A DNA stretch of 64,000 bases, from contig JAHRHZ010000222.1 in the NCBI GenBank assembly GCA_024137785.1, positions 29,788,838 through 29,852,837 on the forward strand, read 5' to 3'. This document shows positions 26,525 through 40,272 of this stretch, piece after piece (within the stretch, counting starts at the first letter, position 1; the number at the start of each line of letters is the position of its first letter). This stretch comes from Ginglymostoma cirratum (Eukaryota). The notes under the pieces are model-generated. The model did not search any database. It worked only from the letters and a program-made list of their open reading frames with translations, and was not told where the DNA came from. The position numbers and the translations under genes are program-made.

Positions 26525-27141
26525 TGTTATGGACCAGACCAAACCCCCTTCAAGTATATCAAGGAGATAGCCTAGACCCTAACATTTTCTTATTTAAAGG
26601 CAAGTGTAAGGTGCTGTGTTCCAGATGTAATTTGATTGGTTACACTACTCAGCTTTAAACAACACACACTTTATTTTTACTCGACAGTTAAAATACAAAC
26701 AAAAGAAAGAAGAATTGGTCTAACTTTAACTCTCTTAGAAAACTTAACAGAATAATAGATTATTTAACTACTAAACGGCAACTGTTCGAACATTGTAACA
26801 TCCCATAAGCACACCCTTGGCAAAGACATATTCAATGAAACAAACTGTCTCATGTGTGGCAGCAGGAACAGAACCCAAACTTTTGCCTGTGACAGAAAGA
26901 AAGCTGTAACAGCTTCATTAAACAGCAGCTAGTGAAAGCTAAACTAAAACCCTGGTTCTATGGGAGCCTGACTCTACCCATTCATGCTGCTTCTATTGTT
27001 TCAACTTTAAAAAAAAACCCAAGGCCTACAGGCTGTTTACTTTATTAACCTGGAGAAGACAACTTTTCACATATGGCTCAAAACGTCTCTTCAAAAGAAA
27101 ACAGGACAAAATACACCTTGTAAAGCCATAGTATTGTCACA
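26525..27141 (-). mobile_element. Solo LTR (~617 bp, Gypsy-type) inserted in the LINE
   Basis: TGT...ACA termini with 4-bp flanks cttg/ctag (TSD, 1 mismatch); LINE sequence resumes exactly across it (gtgtcct|aggcctaaccatcttcagc); AATAAA on the minus strand near 26670. Confidence 0.75.
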
Positions 27142-27300
27142 CTAGGCCTAACCATCTTCAGCTGCTTCATCAATGACCTTCTCTCCATTATAAGGTCAGA
27201 AGTGGGGATGTTTGCCAGTGATTGCACAATGTTCAGCACCATCCGTGACTCCTCAGGTACTGAAGCCGTCCATGTTCAAATTAAACAAGATCTGGGCATG

Positions 27301-27633
27301 TACTGTTAATCCAGATATGCAGATAACATTTTGGGGACCCAGGTTCAAGTCCCACCATGGCAGATGGTGGAATTTGAACTCAATAAAAATATCTGGAATT
27401 AAGAAGCTAATGATGACCATGAATCCATTGCCGATTGTTGAAAAAAATTAAACTGGTTCGATAATGTTCTTTAGAGATGGAAACTGCCATCCTTACCTGG
27501 TCTGGCTTACATGGTACTCCAGACCCACAACAATGCTGTTGACTCTGAACTGCATTCTGGGAAATTAGGGATGTGCAATAAATACTGCCAAGCCAGTGAC
27601 ACTCTCATCCCATTAATGAATATAAAAAAAAAA
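27301..27633 (+). mobile_element. tRNA-derived SINE (family A), 5'-truncated, nested in the LINE
   Basis: B box ggttcaagtccc, core gcagatggtggaatttgaa...ccttacctggtctgg...gacccacaac, A-tail; homologous to the copies at 32876, 37106 and 50895. Confidence 0.85.
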
Positions 27634-29099
27634 TCCAAGCTTGGACTGACAAGAGGCGTGTAACATTCACACCACACAAATGCTAGGCAATGACCAACTC
27701 CAATACATGACAATCTAACCTCTACCCCTTGATATTCAATGGTGTTACCGTCACTGAATCCTCCACAATCAACATCCTGGGGGCTTATCATTGATCGGAA
27801 ACTCAACGGGACTCACCACATAAACACAGTGGCTACAAGAGCACGTCAGAACTTAGAAATATTGGAACGAGTAACTTATCTCCTGACTCCTCAAAGCCTG
27901 TCCACCATCTACAAGGCACAAGTCAGGAGTGTGATGGAATACTTCCCACTTGCCTGAATGAGTGCAGCTACAACAACACTCAAGGAACTTGACACCATGC
28001 ATGACAAAGCAGCCCGCTTGATTGGCACTGCATCCACAATCACCTACTCCCTACACTACTGACCCTCAGTACCACTAGTGTGTGATATCTATATGCACTG
28101 CAGAAATTCACCAACATACTCAGACAGCAGCTTCTAAACCCACGACTACTTCCCTCTAGAAGGACAAGGGCAGCAAATCCATGGGACCACTACCACCTGT
28201 AAATTGACACTCCATCCTGTTTTGGAAATGTATTGTCATTCCTTCACTATCACTGGATCAAAATCCTGGAGTTCCTTCCCTAGCTGTATTGTCTGTCAAC
28301 CTATAGCACATAAATTCCAACAGTTCAAGATGGAGCTCACCACTAACTTCTGAAGGGCAATTAGGGACAGGCAATAAATGCTAACCAACCAATATCACCC
28401 ACATCCCGCAAGTGAATAAAAAAAGGTGCTATCAGTCACCTTTTAATTAGATATCCTTTGTTTCTGAGCAGCCAACTGGTGGCTCTGTCTGAAGTTGTGA
28501 AGATGTTTGGGAGTGTAGGCTGGTGCAGCATGGGAGCATCATGGCAGCTTCACAGAAATCTTTAGCACTCCAGCAGCTTCAGATTGATGGAGTGGAAACA
28601 TTTTAGTGATCTGTGGATGTTCTGATTGCTTGAAGTGCACAGCCGATGATGCCTTACATGTGTGCAAAGCGGTACCACTCATTCAGTTTACCTTTGTTGA
28701 AGATCTCATCGGTGACTGTCAAACAATCAGTCTATCATGCGCATTTGACTGCTGCTGGCTGGAAGGAAACAGACAGACGTGACATATTGAGCCTCCAAAG
28801 ATACTGATGTTCATACATATCAAAGAAGCTTGTATTCTTGTGCTTATGGACCCTACGTGTTGGGTGTGACTCCCAACACATTGCTAATTTTTCAGATTTT
28901 AATGTCCCCCCATCCCATTACCAACACCCAAACACATATGTTCCTGCATATTAAAATGAAGTTTAAATGTTTTAAAAAAGTAATCAGTCATCACAGAAGT
29001 TCAAAAAATGAAACCGATAGACTCAGATTTTTCCTTTCACATTTTTTTCAAATTCTGTGATTGGCTGGATACTCTGGTCTTCAACCTAAACCAGAAATC

Positions 29100-30300
29100 A
29101 CAAAGGGCTTCACATAGTGAATCCTAATTTCACTTTAAATCAAGTCATGGTTGACGGTGTCAAAAGCTTGCCTTGGGTCAGCAGCAAAAACATTCTCACA
29201 AGTTCAGCGCAGGCATCAGCAGCTAGCTATCTATCAAAAACATCAAACAACGACGTACAGGAACAGTGGCAGGACCACAGTTGAGCTTGGGTCAATCTGA
29301 TCATTTTTTCAACTAAAAAGGCTGCTACTGAACATTCTTTTTAAGAACACTCAAAACGACCGGACTAAGATAACCAAGCTTATAATTAACATAAATCTAA
29401 TCAATTTTTAGGCACTAATTTCACTGCTGCAAGATAACCAACCTTAAAATACACATTGATTGTAGCTTTGGCACCAAATTGTTTCCAGTTAATGATTTCT
29501 TGCAAGCAACGGAAGAGCTGATGCATGATTCAAAATTAAAACCTCAATAACACTTAAACGCCAGAATTGCATGATCTGAACACAACAGATTATTATTATT
29601 ATTAATCTGAGTAGCCCTTGGTTCAGGATGGGATGGAATGGGATGTTGGTAAGTACATATGTTAATAACATATACTAAATGAGGACAGGATCCGTCATTT
29701 CTGAACGGTTCTCAACGTCTGTGGTCACATACGATTAATGGTTGTATGAGCAAAGTACAGATGATATCTGGCACTCAGGAAACTGCACTTCAACAGACGT
29801 TGAAAGAATTTGTGGAAGAAACAAAAAGAATAAAAATAAGAATGTCAGAAGAGATTCGCCTTCCAATCTTCCTGTCCCAACTCCACACACGTGACCAAAA
29901 TCAGAATGTTCTACTCACTATTTGCCTGTTGTAAAATATTTACACTTCTGAATCTGCCATCAAAACTCTGAGCTGTGGTCCAGTCACTCCATCATACTAG
30001 GTTCTCCCAGAAGTATTAACATTGGAACGATTGTGGCATAAATAGATTCATGTAAATTATGATGACACAACCAATTGCATCTTTCTGGCCTCAATGAAAG
30101 AGAAGACATCAATCTAGAAAGAGCATGTAAAGAGATCCAAAAAGTGGGACTGAGTCTGATTATCACAGGATGTGGATTAACCATCCATTCACATCATCAG
30201 ATAGTGTGAGAATTCCAGATACAATATAGTCCCATCACCCTAATGATGAATTTAAGTGAACCAGATCGAAACATCCAGCCAGATTCCCAAATCAACTCAC
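29100..30300 (+). mobile_element. Possible very old Gypsy pol/integrase remnant
   Basis: Fragmentary translation near 29940-30030 resembles integrase core (TSESAIKTL...G.PEVL); no continuous ORF. Confidence 0.3.
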
Positions 30301-32089
30301 CCTGATTTGGTCTTTATTTGTGTGTTTTTGTTTCGGGTAGGGTATGGATGGGGGAGATGCTGATGATGATAATCTTAATGATGACAAGTACAATGAATTG
30401 CCTAGAATAATGTATACCAAGTAGAGAGAAACTTGGAGGATATGTGGTACAATGAGATTCATGTAAATCAAGATGGTGAACTGATCAATTGAGTTAATAA
30501 GAGAGAACACACCAGCCTATAATGAGCATATAAATAGAGAGGTCTTAGACACTATATTGGAGAGCTGTATGAGAACCTACTATGTACAGATGTAATTAAA
30601 GCATGGTTATAGGAAGTAAGAAGTTGAAGAGCCTTAGTTAGTGATAAAGAGCACGCAATCTCAGGGACTCTGGATGTGCAGACATCCACAGCCTGGGATA
30701 CTCCAGACCATTATTTCATTGTGAAGGTAGCAGTGTTGGTTTAAAGCATAAGATAAGGCAACTATTTTCTCCCTGATGTACCTCTTGTTCCATAGTACTG
30801 AAAAAAAATTCATATATCAACAGGAATCCATAGGTGCTACAGCTTAAAAGAAACAAAAGAAAAATTGGGCGAAACTATCATAGTCCGTTCCCAATGCACA
30901 AATCAGAGATCTTCATTATATTGCTTTCACTTTATCTAAAACGTAAAGTTATCAAATCATAGTCCACATTCAATCCAGAAACACAGATATCCAATTATTT
31001 TTGTCAACAATGTATGCAAGACATAAAACATTATAAATAAAATGATAGCAGTGTTTATTTGATGCAGTGCACTGGATGCTTTGCAGAATAATTAAGGAAG
31101 TGCTGGAATGTCAAAAATTCAATTTTGATCTAAATCAAAGCGTGGAAGTTACTGAGGCTAGGCAATGGATATTTGACAGATATGAGTAGGGGTGATGGGT
31201 TGTGGGTGCATCGTGGCAAGGTGATGAAGCATATTGGTGCAATCTATATCACAGAATGGTAGAATCCAGTTGTATGTATAATTGCCAATAAGATCAAACA
31301 CAGATTAAAACAAAAGTTGTGCTATCCGGCTAATATCTGAGCTAGACTGATGCTGTCAGTTTCACACCTACCACTTACCTGCCTACACATACTTCCAGCT
31401 ATTCAGGTGTGGCATGCACAACATTTAAACACAGTCACTGACATTTTTCCCTCCATCTTATAAGGCAAGGTGGCAAGCAATAGAAGAGAACCGTGTGGAG
31501 CTAGCATACAGCAAAGATATCTGCAGTTTGTGAGCTCTATCAAGGTAATGATTCTCAGCATCATGGGGCAACTGTGATTGGAAGCGTTGCATCTGGTGGC
31601 ACTAAGGACATTGAGAATGGATATATGCTCCTACCTTATGTCTATTCTTAACAACAAATTCGCCCTCATTGTGCAGTCTAGCATGATGAATAAACAGCTG
31701 ATTGTGCGTCGGTCGACATCTTACTTCCCACCAGATATCCAAGAACTCTCATTTGCCCATTCATGCATTACCAGAATGAGAGATGAAAGGAACAGGACTA
31801 ATGAAGAAGTCACTTCACCTGACACATTGCCAGCAGCTCAGATATTGGAACTGAATATATGTTACAGGTGAACATAGAATGGGGATGAATATGTATGGGA
31901 TGAATATGTAATTTGTCATTGAAGTACAAATGGAATACAACCAGGCCATGAGGGAAGAGTTGTTTGTTTGCTAGCTCAGAGGACAAGGAGGTCACAGATT
32001 GCTTCTATCATAGACGGCCCAGATGAAAAAAACAGGAAATCACTGACAGTCTGCAAGCTGAGATGCTGACTGAATTGGCTGACTTCTAA

Positions 32090-32283
32090 TAGACTCAGAG
32101 TTATGCAACATGGAAACAGACCCTCCAGTCCAACTCATCTAAGTCAACCAAGTTTCCCAAACTAAACTAGTCCCACTTGCCTGATTTTTGCCCATATCCC
32201 TCTAAATCTTTCCTTTTCATGTACCTATTCAAAAGTCTTTTAAATATTATAACTGTACCTGCATCTACCACTTCCTCTGGCAA
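32090..32283 (-). mobile_element. CR1 LINE 3' end fragment
   Basis: The reverse complement gives TTGCCAGAGGAAGTGGTAGATGCAGGTACAGTTATAATATTTAAAAGAC...GGGATATGGGC...TTGGACTGGAGGGTCTGTTTCCATG, a typical CR1 terminus. Confidence 0.8.
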
Positions 32284-32875
32284 TGCTAAGGAGCACAAAA
32301 GAGTCCAGCTCCAAATTGGTGGTGAACATTGTAGAGAGTTTGCCCTCTCTACAGTGTCTGCTTCCTCTCGCTGGCCTGATATAGACCGAGAGACACTGCC
32401 ACTTTTGCTGCCATACCTGTTGCAGTCTCTGTGGATAGATCACCTAGTCCTTTGCTCTTTCTGGCATTTTCAAGAACTCGCTGCAACCCCTCTAGAATAT
32501 TGCCAGCTGCTTGGCAATAATAGAAGATCTTCAAATTTACCTTAATTATAATCTGAGTGCCTGGCTCTTTAAAGAATGTATGATCTGGACCTTGTTGAAG
32601 TTCATTGTTTGCAAAGTGACATAAAAATTTATTCTCTGGAGTTATGTGCCACAGATGGTAATTAGCTATAGTCCATGTATGACCCTGTCAAAGACACCCA
32701 ACTAGTTGCGAAACATGAGAGACACAACTCTACATCAAACATAGGACAAAGCTAGGAGGTAGGCCTCCACAAATGACTACAACCAGTATGGCGATTGATT
32801 CTGGGTCATTGACATCATTCTACTTTATTACACACCAGCCATCCACATCAACACAAGTAACTCCTATATTTATTC

Positions 32876-33222
32876 CTTTATTCAATCACGAGATAAGGGC
32901 CAGGCAGCATTTATTGCCTATCCCTAATTGTCCAGAGGGCAGTTAAGAGTCAACCACATTGCTGTGGGTCTGGAGTCACATGTAGTCCAGACCAGGTAAG
33001 AATGGCAGTTTCCTTCCCTAAAGAACATTAGTGAACCAGATGGGTTTTTCCACCAACAATTACCAATGGATTCATGGTCATCATTAGATTCTTAATTCCA
33101 GATATTTATTGAATTCAAATTCCACCATCTGCCATGATGGGATTTGAACCCAGCTCCCCAGAACATTATCGGGGTCTCTGGATTAACAGTCCAGTGACAA
33201 TAGCACTAGGCCATTGCCTCCC
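32876..33222 (-). mobile_element. tRNA-derived SINE (family A), near full length
   Basis: The reverse complement starts GGGAGGCAATGGCCTAGTG (A box), has B box GGTTCAAATCCC and the same core and tail as the other copies. Confidence 0.9.
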
Positions 33223-35559
33223 TCATATAACTGCACTATATGGTCCGGATTTGGTATCCTGATATCGATTCTAACAGTTGGGCTGTGTAGCATCAGAATA
33301 GCATTAATTTACAGGTTTCAAAACATGTTGAATGCACCCAGGCAAGTGCATTCTCAACAGGATGTACTACACAGATTGTGTGAAAGCAACCGACAGCAGA
33401 CTACACCCAATCAAGAAAGCTGTAAACTTCTATGAAGTTGAAATTCAGGTACATGAGAATTAGATTGCAAGCCATTTATAATCAATGAATGAAAAATCTA
33501 GATCCACTTGATAAGTCACTCATCTGTCTTGTTAGGCAGGGAATAGTACCTGGAATGGAAACATTTCAAGAGAAAGGGAGACATTAGCTACAAAATACAA
33601 TAGAAAAAGGATAAGTGAAATAACGGATGGCCAACAATGATTATTCCATTGCTGGCAGGAAAGCTTCAAACATTCAACACAAAGAATCATCTGGCTACAC
33701 ATCTGATCAGCCTGAACTTTAACAGAAACTTGAAATTCCTTTCAGGGCTTTGCATCTGTGTGCTGTCAATATTCACTTTATTTTACTGCTTCTCAACCAT
33801 GTGTAATAAAAACACATATGAACTGAATCAAAGTTGAAAATAAATTTAGACTACTCATATTACAGCATAGCCACCAAATATTGCTGCTTATCAATTTTGT
33901 TGATGTCCCAGTTTCTCTGTCCCTTTAAAATATAGCAGTTCATATTTATGGTGGTACCTGAACAGATTGGTTTCTGGCCGGTGGCTTGGTTTGACAAGAG
34001 CAGAATGTACAAGTGGGAGGAAAGAATTGAGGTGGGAAATTCCTTAGTTGCTCAATCCATGCAACATACAATCTGCTGTCTGGCTATGAAATGTTGTCAC
34101 ATGAAAATTGCAAGAGCATCATTTGAATATTAAATTGCCATTATTAATTACAGCTGAGTCAAATTTGGGGAGTCAGACGGTGTCTGATTGTAATGTGGGA
34201 GTAGACTAGTGGGAGTTGCTCTGGGTGCTTAAAAGAAATAAACTCACGGGATTAGGTGGAAGTTTCAGTGGCTAATTGGACAACTCTACTAAAGAGCCAA
34301 TAGAGACATTATGAACTGAATTTCCTGAGCGATATCATTCTGTGATTTCTTGATAATAGTTGAGACTATTCATATATTTCTTGTAAACAATGATCTTTGC
34401 ACACAGCTCACTGATTGAACATAGCCGGTTAAGGTCAGGCAAATGGTGAATTTTCAGCAACTTAAATGGAGAGCTACAAGATATTTTCCGGGACAATTTT
34501 GATTAAGAACTTTTCAATTCTTGCTATATTAGTTTTTGTAGTTTCCTTCCTTCATTTCTTTGGCAGAAGGTGATGTCAGCCAAGGTGAATGTTTGTGTAA
34601 AGTTTTGGTGGGTAATAGTCACTGAGTGTCCACATGATGTGTGACAATGCAACATTTCATAACAGTTTAATTGGAGGTTACATCATACAAGCAATTCGGA
34701 ATTGTTTTGCAAACATTTTTGAAATGTTGTTTAGAATCCTCAGCATTTGTCCATTTAAATGCATTGTGCTGAATTCTGGGAATTGTAGGCTTTCAGCAAT
34801 CTCATTTTAAAACTTTAATTTGTGAGTACTTCCTATCAAGTGTATCCATAATAAATTCCAATGCTCAGATTCACAATGGAAGCCTCTCATAAACATTTTC
34901 ATGTTGTAATTACACCATCCTGCCAGCAGTGATGCTTTAGTGCTTCAGTTTTACATGTTGCAACATCTGTATTTCAACGGAACTCTCTTTTTCCAATTGA
35001 ATTTGGCTGAATGCATCACTGTTTAACCATCAAAAAAAGGTTACTTTGAATTCAGAATAGAATTAATGACATTAATAACTGAATTATTTGTACAGATTCC
35101 AAACTAGACAGGCCTGCAACTTTAAGACGGACACATGACATTATGACATGTAATGTTCCAGAATAAAAGCTATCTGCCTGGTCTTCATTCACTCATTTAG
35201 TGTTTGAAGACAATATAATATCATCAGACTGGCAGCTATGGCTTAAAATGTGTTTTATGCATAGAACACACGTTATTTAGGTAAATCTGTGACATAGTAG
35301 CTATGTAAATAGTGTTGTTAACAAGTATCAAGATAGCTGTCATTATAAGAACACATTCTGTGGCATATATTATGCAGACTAACATGCAGCAAACCACAAA
35401 GTGCAGCATGGTGGCAGTAAGTGGGCACTACCTAGTTAGTTGTGCCACCTAGTTAGCGGTGTCACTCAAGGTCGAAACTTTGATTACAGCAAGGTAGCTG
35501 TGACAAGTCTTGTTTTGTCACAGTCATCCATCAATCTGTCTGATTTCAGAGCTGAAGTT

Positions 35560-37610
35560 ACAACTACTACCAAAACTAATGTGCTACAACCAAAAGTAAA
35601 GGCAATGAACCTATATTGAACCACAATGAGTATACTACCGCTTGCTCTCAAAAAAATGCTAATTAATAATTACTAAAAGGATAGCTCTAACCTAAGAAAA
35701 CATTCCCAGAACAAAGTGTAGATAAAAACAATGAAAAGGTATATGCTAAACAGGCTTTACCTGTAAACAGACATCAGTTGATTCCACCATTTTTTCCCCA
35801 CAGTTGCGCAGAAATACAAAAAAGGTACTTTGTGATATCACAGTACTTTTAAGCACCTACAGGCACAAGCATGCAACATTTAAAGGGACAATCCATTGTC
35901 ATCATGTCAGAACTTCAGTTGTTAAATGAAAGAACTAATATTTATGGACCAGCAGAAAATTGACATAGAATGGCTAGCAGTGACATCTCTTCCCACTTTG
36001 TACACTGAAGTTTTAAGAAGAATAAAGTCTCAGTTATTTCTGACAATAACTGCAATGATCTTGACAAAACTTCTCAGTTATTACAAAATCAGCGTAAGGT
36101 TAAAGTCAAATTGAGGTCGCACATGCCTGAGTTCGACTAAAACCATCAGCAGCCAGATGAAATAAGACATACCTTCATTCTGTGATATCCTGTCTATCAT
36201 CATGAAAGGTAGTATATCATTTATCATTTCACCAAAGGTGGCTTAGCTGAAAGGCTTATGGAACTGGTCATTGCCTGTACATTTATCGGATAAGCTTCTT
36301 TGGACAATCCCAAAGAATACACCATAAGAATAATGTTCTATTAGAATTTGGATACAAGTTCAAAGCAATTGCAGCAGGCCAGCAGCATCTGCAAGTACTT
36401 GACTCTGAAACATTTAACGCTGCCATCAACTGGTTCAGTGGAACATTTAAATCTCATATGAGGCATGGCCTGTCTCATTCACCAAGACGACGTCCAGCAT
36501 TTCACAACATATGCAAGCTATGAACAGCGTATTTAGGATACCTCAACATATTCTTTCTGCCACTAATACGCAATGCACTAATTCACCCTTCCTGACATTT
36601 GCAGGAAGTGATGTTGTCTACATCTTACCACCTCCGCCACCACCCTCAGTCAGACAATCTCACACAGAATGCACTACTTGAAAATTCCATTAAAAGTAAA
36701 GCAACTTGCCAAGATTTTCAGGGAGCTAATTCTATGTGCTCCTTCTGAAGGCAGTAACTTATCCTCACTGACAAGACTCATATTTGGGAAGAAAGATCAA
36801 CACAGTCCTTCCTTCTCAAACTCTCATCACCCAACCACATGCACATGATACTTTGTTAGGAAAGAAGGGAGAAAATGTTACAGCAGCATGATCAAAGGAC
36901 ATGCAGATAGTTAGCCCAACTTGAACCATGACACATGAGTTTGAGGTTTTCACATGAACAAATGGGTTTGTGGAAAGGTACTAAATTATTTTGTCCAGCC
37001 TAGATAGCATGACATTGTAATGAGCAGTGGTCAAGAGCTGTGAAGAAATAAATGATGTATTTGAATAACATACAATCATTCATTCATCACAAAGGCTATG
37101 ATTCAGGGAGACGATAGCCTTAGTGATATTATTGCTTGACTGTTAATCCAGAGACCCAGGTTCTGAATGTTCTGAAGTCCCAGGTTCAAATCCCATCACG
37201 GCAGATGGTGGAATTTGAATTCAATAAACAGCTGGAATTAAGAGTCTAATGATGACAGTGAATCCATTGCCGATTGTTCGGAAAACCCATCTGGTTCACT
37301 CATGTCCTTTAGGGAAGGAAACTGCCATCTTTACCTGGTTCTGGCCTACATGTGACTCTGGACCCACACTTAACTGCCCTCTGGGCAATAAATGCTGCCT
37401 AGCCAGCAATGCCCTCATCCCATGAATGAATTAAAGAAAAGATACTGATGATATCAAGTCAGAATACAACCACACACATACGATAAATGATATGCTACCA
37501 ATCATGATGGCAGACAGCACATCACAGAGTAAAGCTACACTGCCAAATCAAGAAAACGGCATGAAGACTAGATCTGGTTGTGTAATACACCCACCAAGGT
37601 TGCCTGAATG
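35560..37610 (+). mobile_element. Degraded Gypsy pol/integrase remnant interrupted by a SINE
   Basis: Ends with aagactagatctggttgtgtaatacacccacca = KTRSGCVIHPP, similar to the TRSGR...P C-terminal motif of Gypsy integrases; upstream matches are fragmentary only. Confidence 0.4.
37106..37440 (+). mobile_element. tRNA-derived SINE (family A)
   Basis: gggagacgatagccttagtg...ggttcaaatccc...gcagatggtggaatttgaattcaataaa...catcccatgaatgaattaaag. Confidence 0.9.
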
Positions 37611-37699
37611 AATAAACTTCAACAATTTTAGATCATAATCTCTATCCTTTTTTTCTGACAATAGGACCAGGGGTTCAGTTGTTTCCATATGCAGCTCCT

Positions 37700-38005
37700 T
37701 AAGATCCACCTTTTGTTACTTGTCTCACTACCACCCACTTTTGCATTGCACCATCAATTCTTTTGTTATTTAATCACTCCTGCCTATAACCTATCATTAA
37801 CCTTCTCTTTAATTCTTCTGCCCATTCCCACCTCCCTTTTGCTACCTCTGTATTTGCTAAAAATGTGTTACATCTCTTAACATTCTCTAGTTCTGACGTA
37901 AAAACAATGAATCAAATAAGCTAATGCTATTTCTCCAGAGATTCTGGTTGAACTGGTAAGTATTTCTAGCAAGTTCTGTTTTAATTTCAGATTTCTAGCA
38001 TCTGC
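37700..38005 (+). mobile_element. Old PLE 3' / pseudo-LTR fragment
   Basis: A pyrimidine-rich tract, then agttctgacg (decayed hammerhead start), ending tatttctagcaagttctgttttaatttcagatttctagcatctgc, which resembles the PLE terminal segment at 52243-52416. Confidence 0.5.
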
Positions 38006-40272
38006 TACATTGTATGGACAAGTAGTTATTTGTTTGGTGATTGGATTTCATACTCATACACTAATTTTATGATCCATAGGGAACCTCAAGGCAAGTCTTA
38101 ATAAAACTTGAACAGAAAAGCATTAACAATGAATACATCCTAGCAAGGAAGTTTAGACATTCCCTTTTCACTACATCAAATTCCTTCTGCCTGAAAGAAA
38201 ACTCTATTGATGCATTAGAGAAAACAGTGTCCAAATCCAAACTAATGGCTTTTTGTTCTTTTATTATTCTCTGGATCTCTCTCTACTGCTGGAACCTCAA
38301 AGATGTTGCAATGATTATTAATCTGGATCACTCAACCAGCTGGAGTTTATTGCCATGAGTGTGATGAGCCCTTTTAAAATCCAGAGGGAGCTCAAAAACG
38401 AATCATGTCCTCTATAGTCAGCTTTCGTAGGCAAAGGGATAAATTAGATTTCTGAGCCCTTTATACTCCCTTTGAAACATGAATTGAATTTACTTGCATT
38501 ATATATCCTGCCTGCAACTCAGGGCGACTCCATCTCATCCCGGTATTTTGAGGGAACAGCAAGTGCTTTATGACCATGGATTTACATAAGGGGAAACATG
38601 AGGGGAATCGAGTATTTTCCTGATAATAAACAGGAGACAACATATCAGATGTCCCTAAGCTTTGCAACTGTAATAAAAAGCGAGGAGCAAACTGTGAAAA
38701 AGCTACTCCCACTATTACAATTTTAATAACATTAAATTAACATTTCTCATAGCGTTCTTATTATGTCTTTGGCAGACTCTCTGGAGTTAGGATTGGGGGC
38801 TAAAGGGATGATGGTGGAAGGCGGTTTGAGGTAATGCTGTCTCAAAGGTATGCTATGTTGATTTTTTTTCCGTGAAGTACTATTACCTCTCTTTTTGGTA
38901 TTTCGGAATCACTGCAACTATATGCAATTTGACCCCTATTCCTAGTCAATCAAACCCTAGCTCTGCCACCAAAAGACTTACAACAGTAGTTAATAGGCAC
39001 TGTTTCAATGTTTTGTCTCATAGAAGTTCTTAATTCAATTTCCAGCACTGTGATGCTTTTTAATCTTTTGCTGGTGAAGGAATGCAAAATTTGATTTTTT
39101 TTACCTGTAAATGTCCTATCCTGTGCGGTGCCAAGCTTTGCAACTTGGAAGGAATTTCTGCATGTACGTCCATTTCAGTCTTTTCATCTTTCGACACATC
39201 TGAGCCAGTCTAAACCATCTTCCCCAAATCTGTTCACCCTCTGCACATCTTGTTGAACTCCCCAAATGCATTTCACTGTGTCTGGCTTGAATGTATCCAT
39301 TTTCATCTTTCTCCCAACAGCCTGAAGTAGATCATTACATTCTATAATGGATTTGTGGAAAACGACCATATAATGACAAAGCACAAAAGAACCATCATTG
39401 GAAATTGAGGAAAATGTTGCCAAGATTGTGCAGAACTCATTATTCAGGGAAGCAAAATATATTTACATATTTCTCGAAAGTTACTTCTGTGCCGAGCCAG
39501 CATCAGGAGGAAAACAACACAATATAACAATTGAAGGAGTGCGTTCTTCAATTTTTGCTGGTGACTCTCGGATCACTACAATAAATACGACAGATAATGT
39601 TGATTTGAGAACAGAGAGGCATGTTTTCAAAAAACGAACACAAGCGTTGGACAAAGACAAAGAAAACAAAGAACAGAGAGACAGATAGAACCAAAATCTT
39701 ACCATTTTGTATTTTAAATGCAATTAACTGTTGTTTTGCATATATTTAATTATGTTAAATTTCAAAATGATATTTAGCACATCAAAAAATAGACCATACG
39801 TCCGTGCTAATGTTATAGAATTTGTATCCATTGCGATGTCACAATGTAACATTTGCACATTATATTTTTAATGCTGATGATATTAATTTGAAATATGAAT
39901 ATGAACATGGTTTCTTTACCTGTACTGACATTAGTAATATAAAAGGAAAAATGCAATGTTATTAGCCAATTCAAATATATTACAGAATGCAACAATAAAT
40001 AACAAATTAGAAGTGTAATAAATTCCAATCACTGCAACATTCAGGTACAATCAAAATCAAGAACAATTCAAACAGTCCCTCACATCGATCCAGCAGTGCC
40101 TATTGTGAGAGATACTCGCGGTACTAGGATAGATTAAGATAGCACAAAACTCAACAACCAAAAAGCTTTACCACTACAATCACTTATTCATGCGACACAG
40201 GATAAGCAGCATTGCTGTACACAGAAGTACACTCAAGACAGAAAGAGTTAATCATATAAAAGACAAAGCAGA

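Larger units (their letters stand above)
26086..28424 (+). mobile_element. 5'-truncated CR1/L2-type LINE (RT region to 3' end), interrupted by a solo LTR and a SINE
   Basis: RT peptides SKVMEDVINSAIRQHLLSNHLLSEAQFGLRQGHS...ALD.KA.D, SAGVPQ, FASDC (FADD-like) and LSTIYKAQVRSVMEY; 3' end gggcaattagggacaggcaataaatgc...catcccgcaagtgaataaaaaa; many stops and frameshifts. Confidence 0.88.

Noticed and set aside
39398-39688. 96-aa ORF in the CNE-like block
   Set aside because: TTG start, no domain similarity, and separated from the nearby acceptor by in-frame stops
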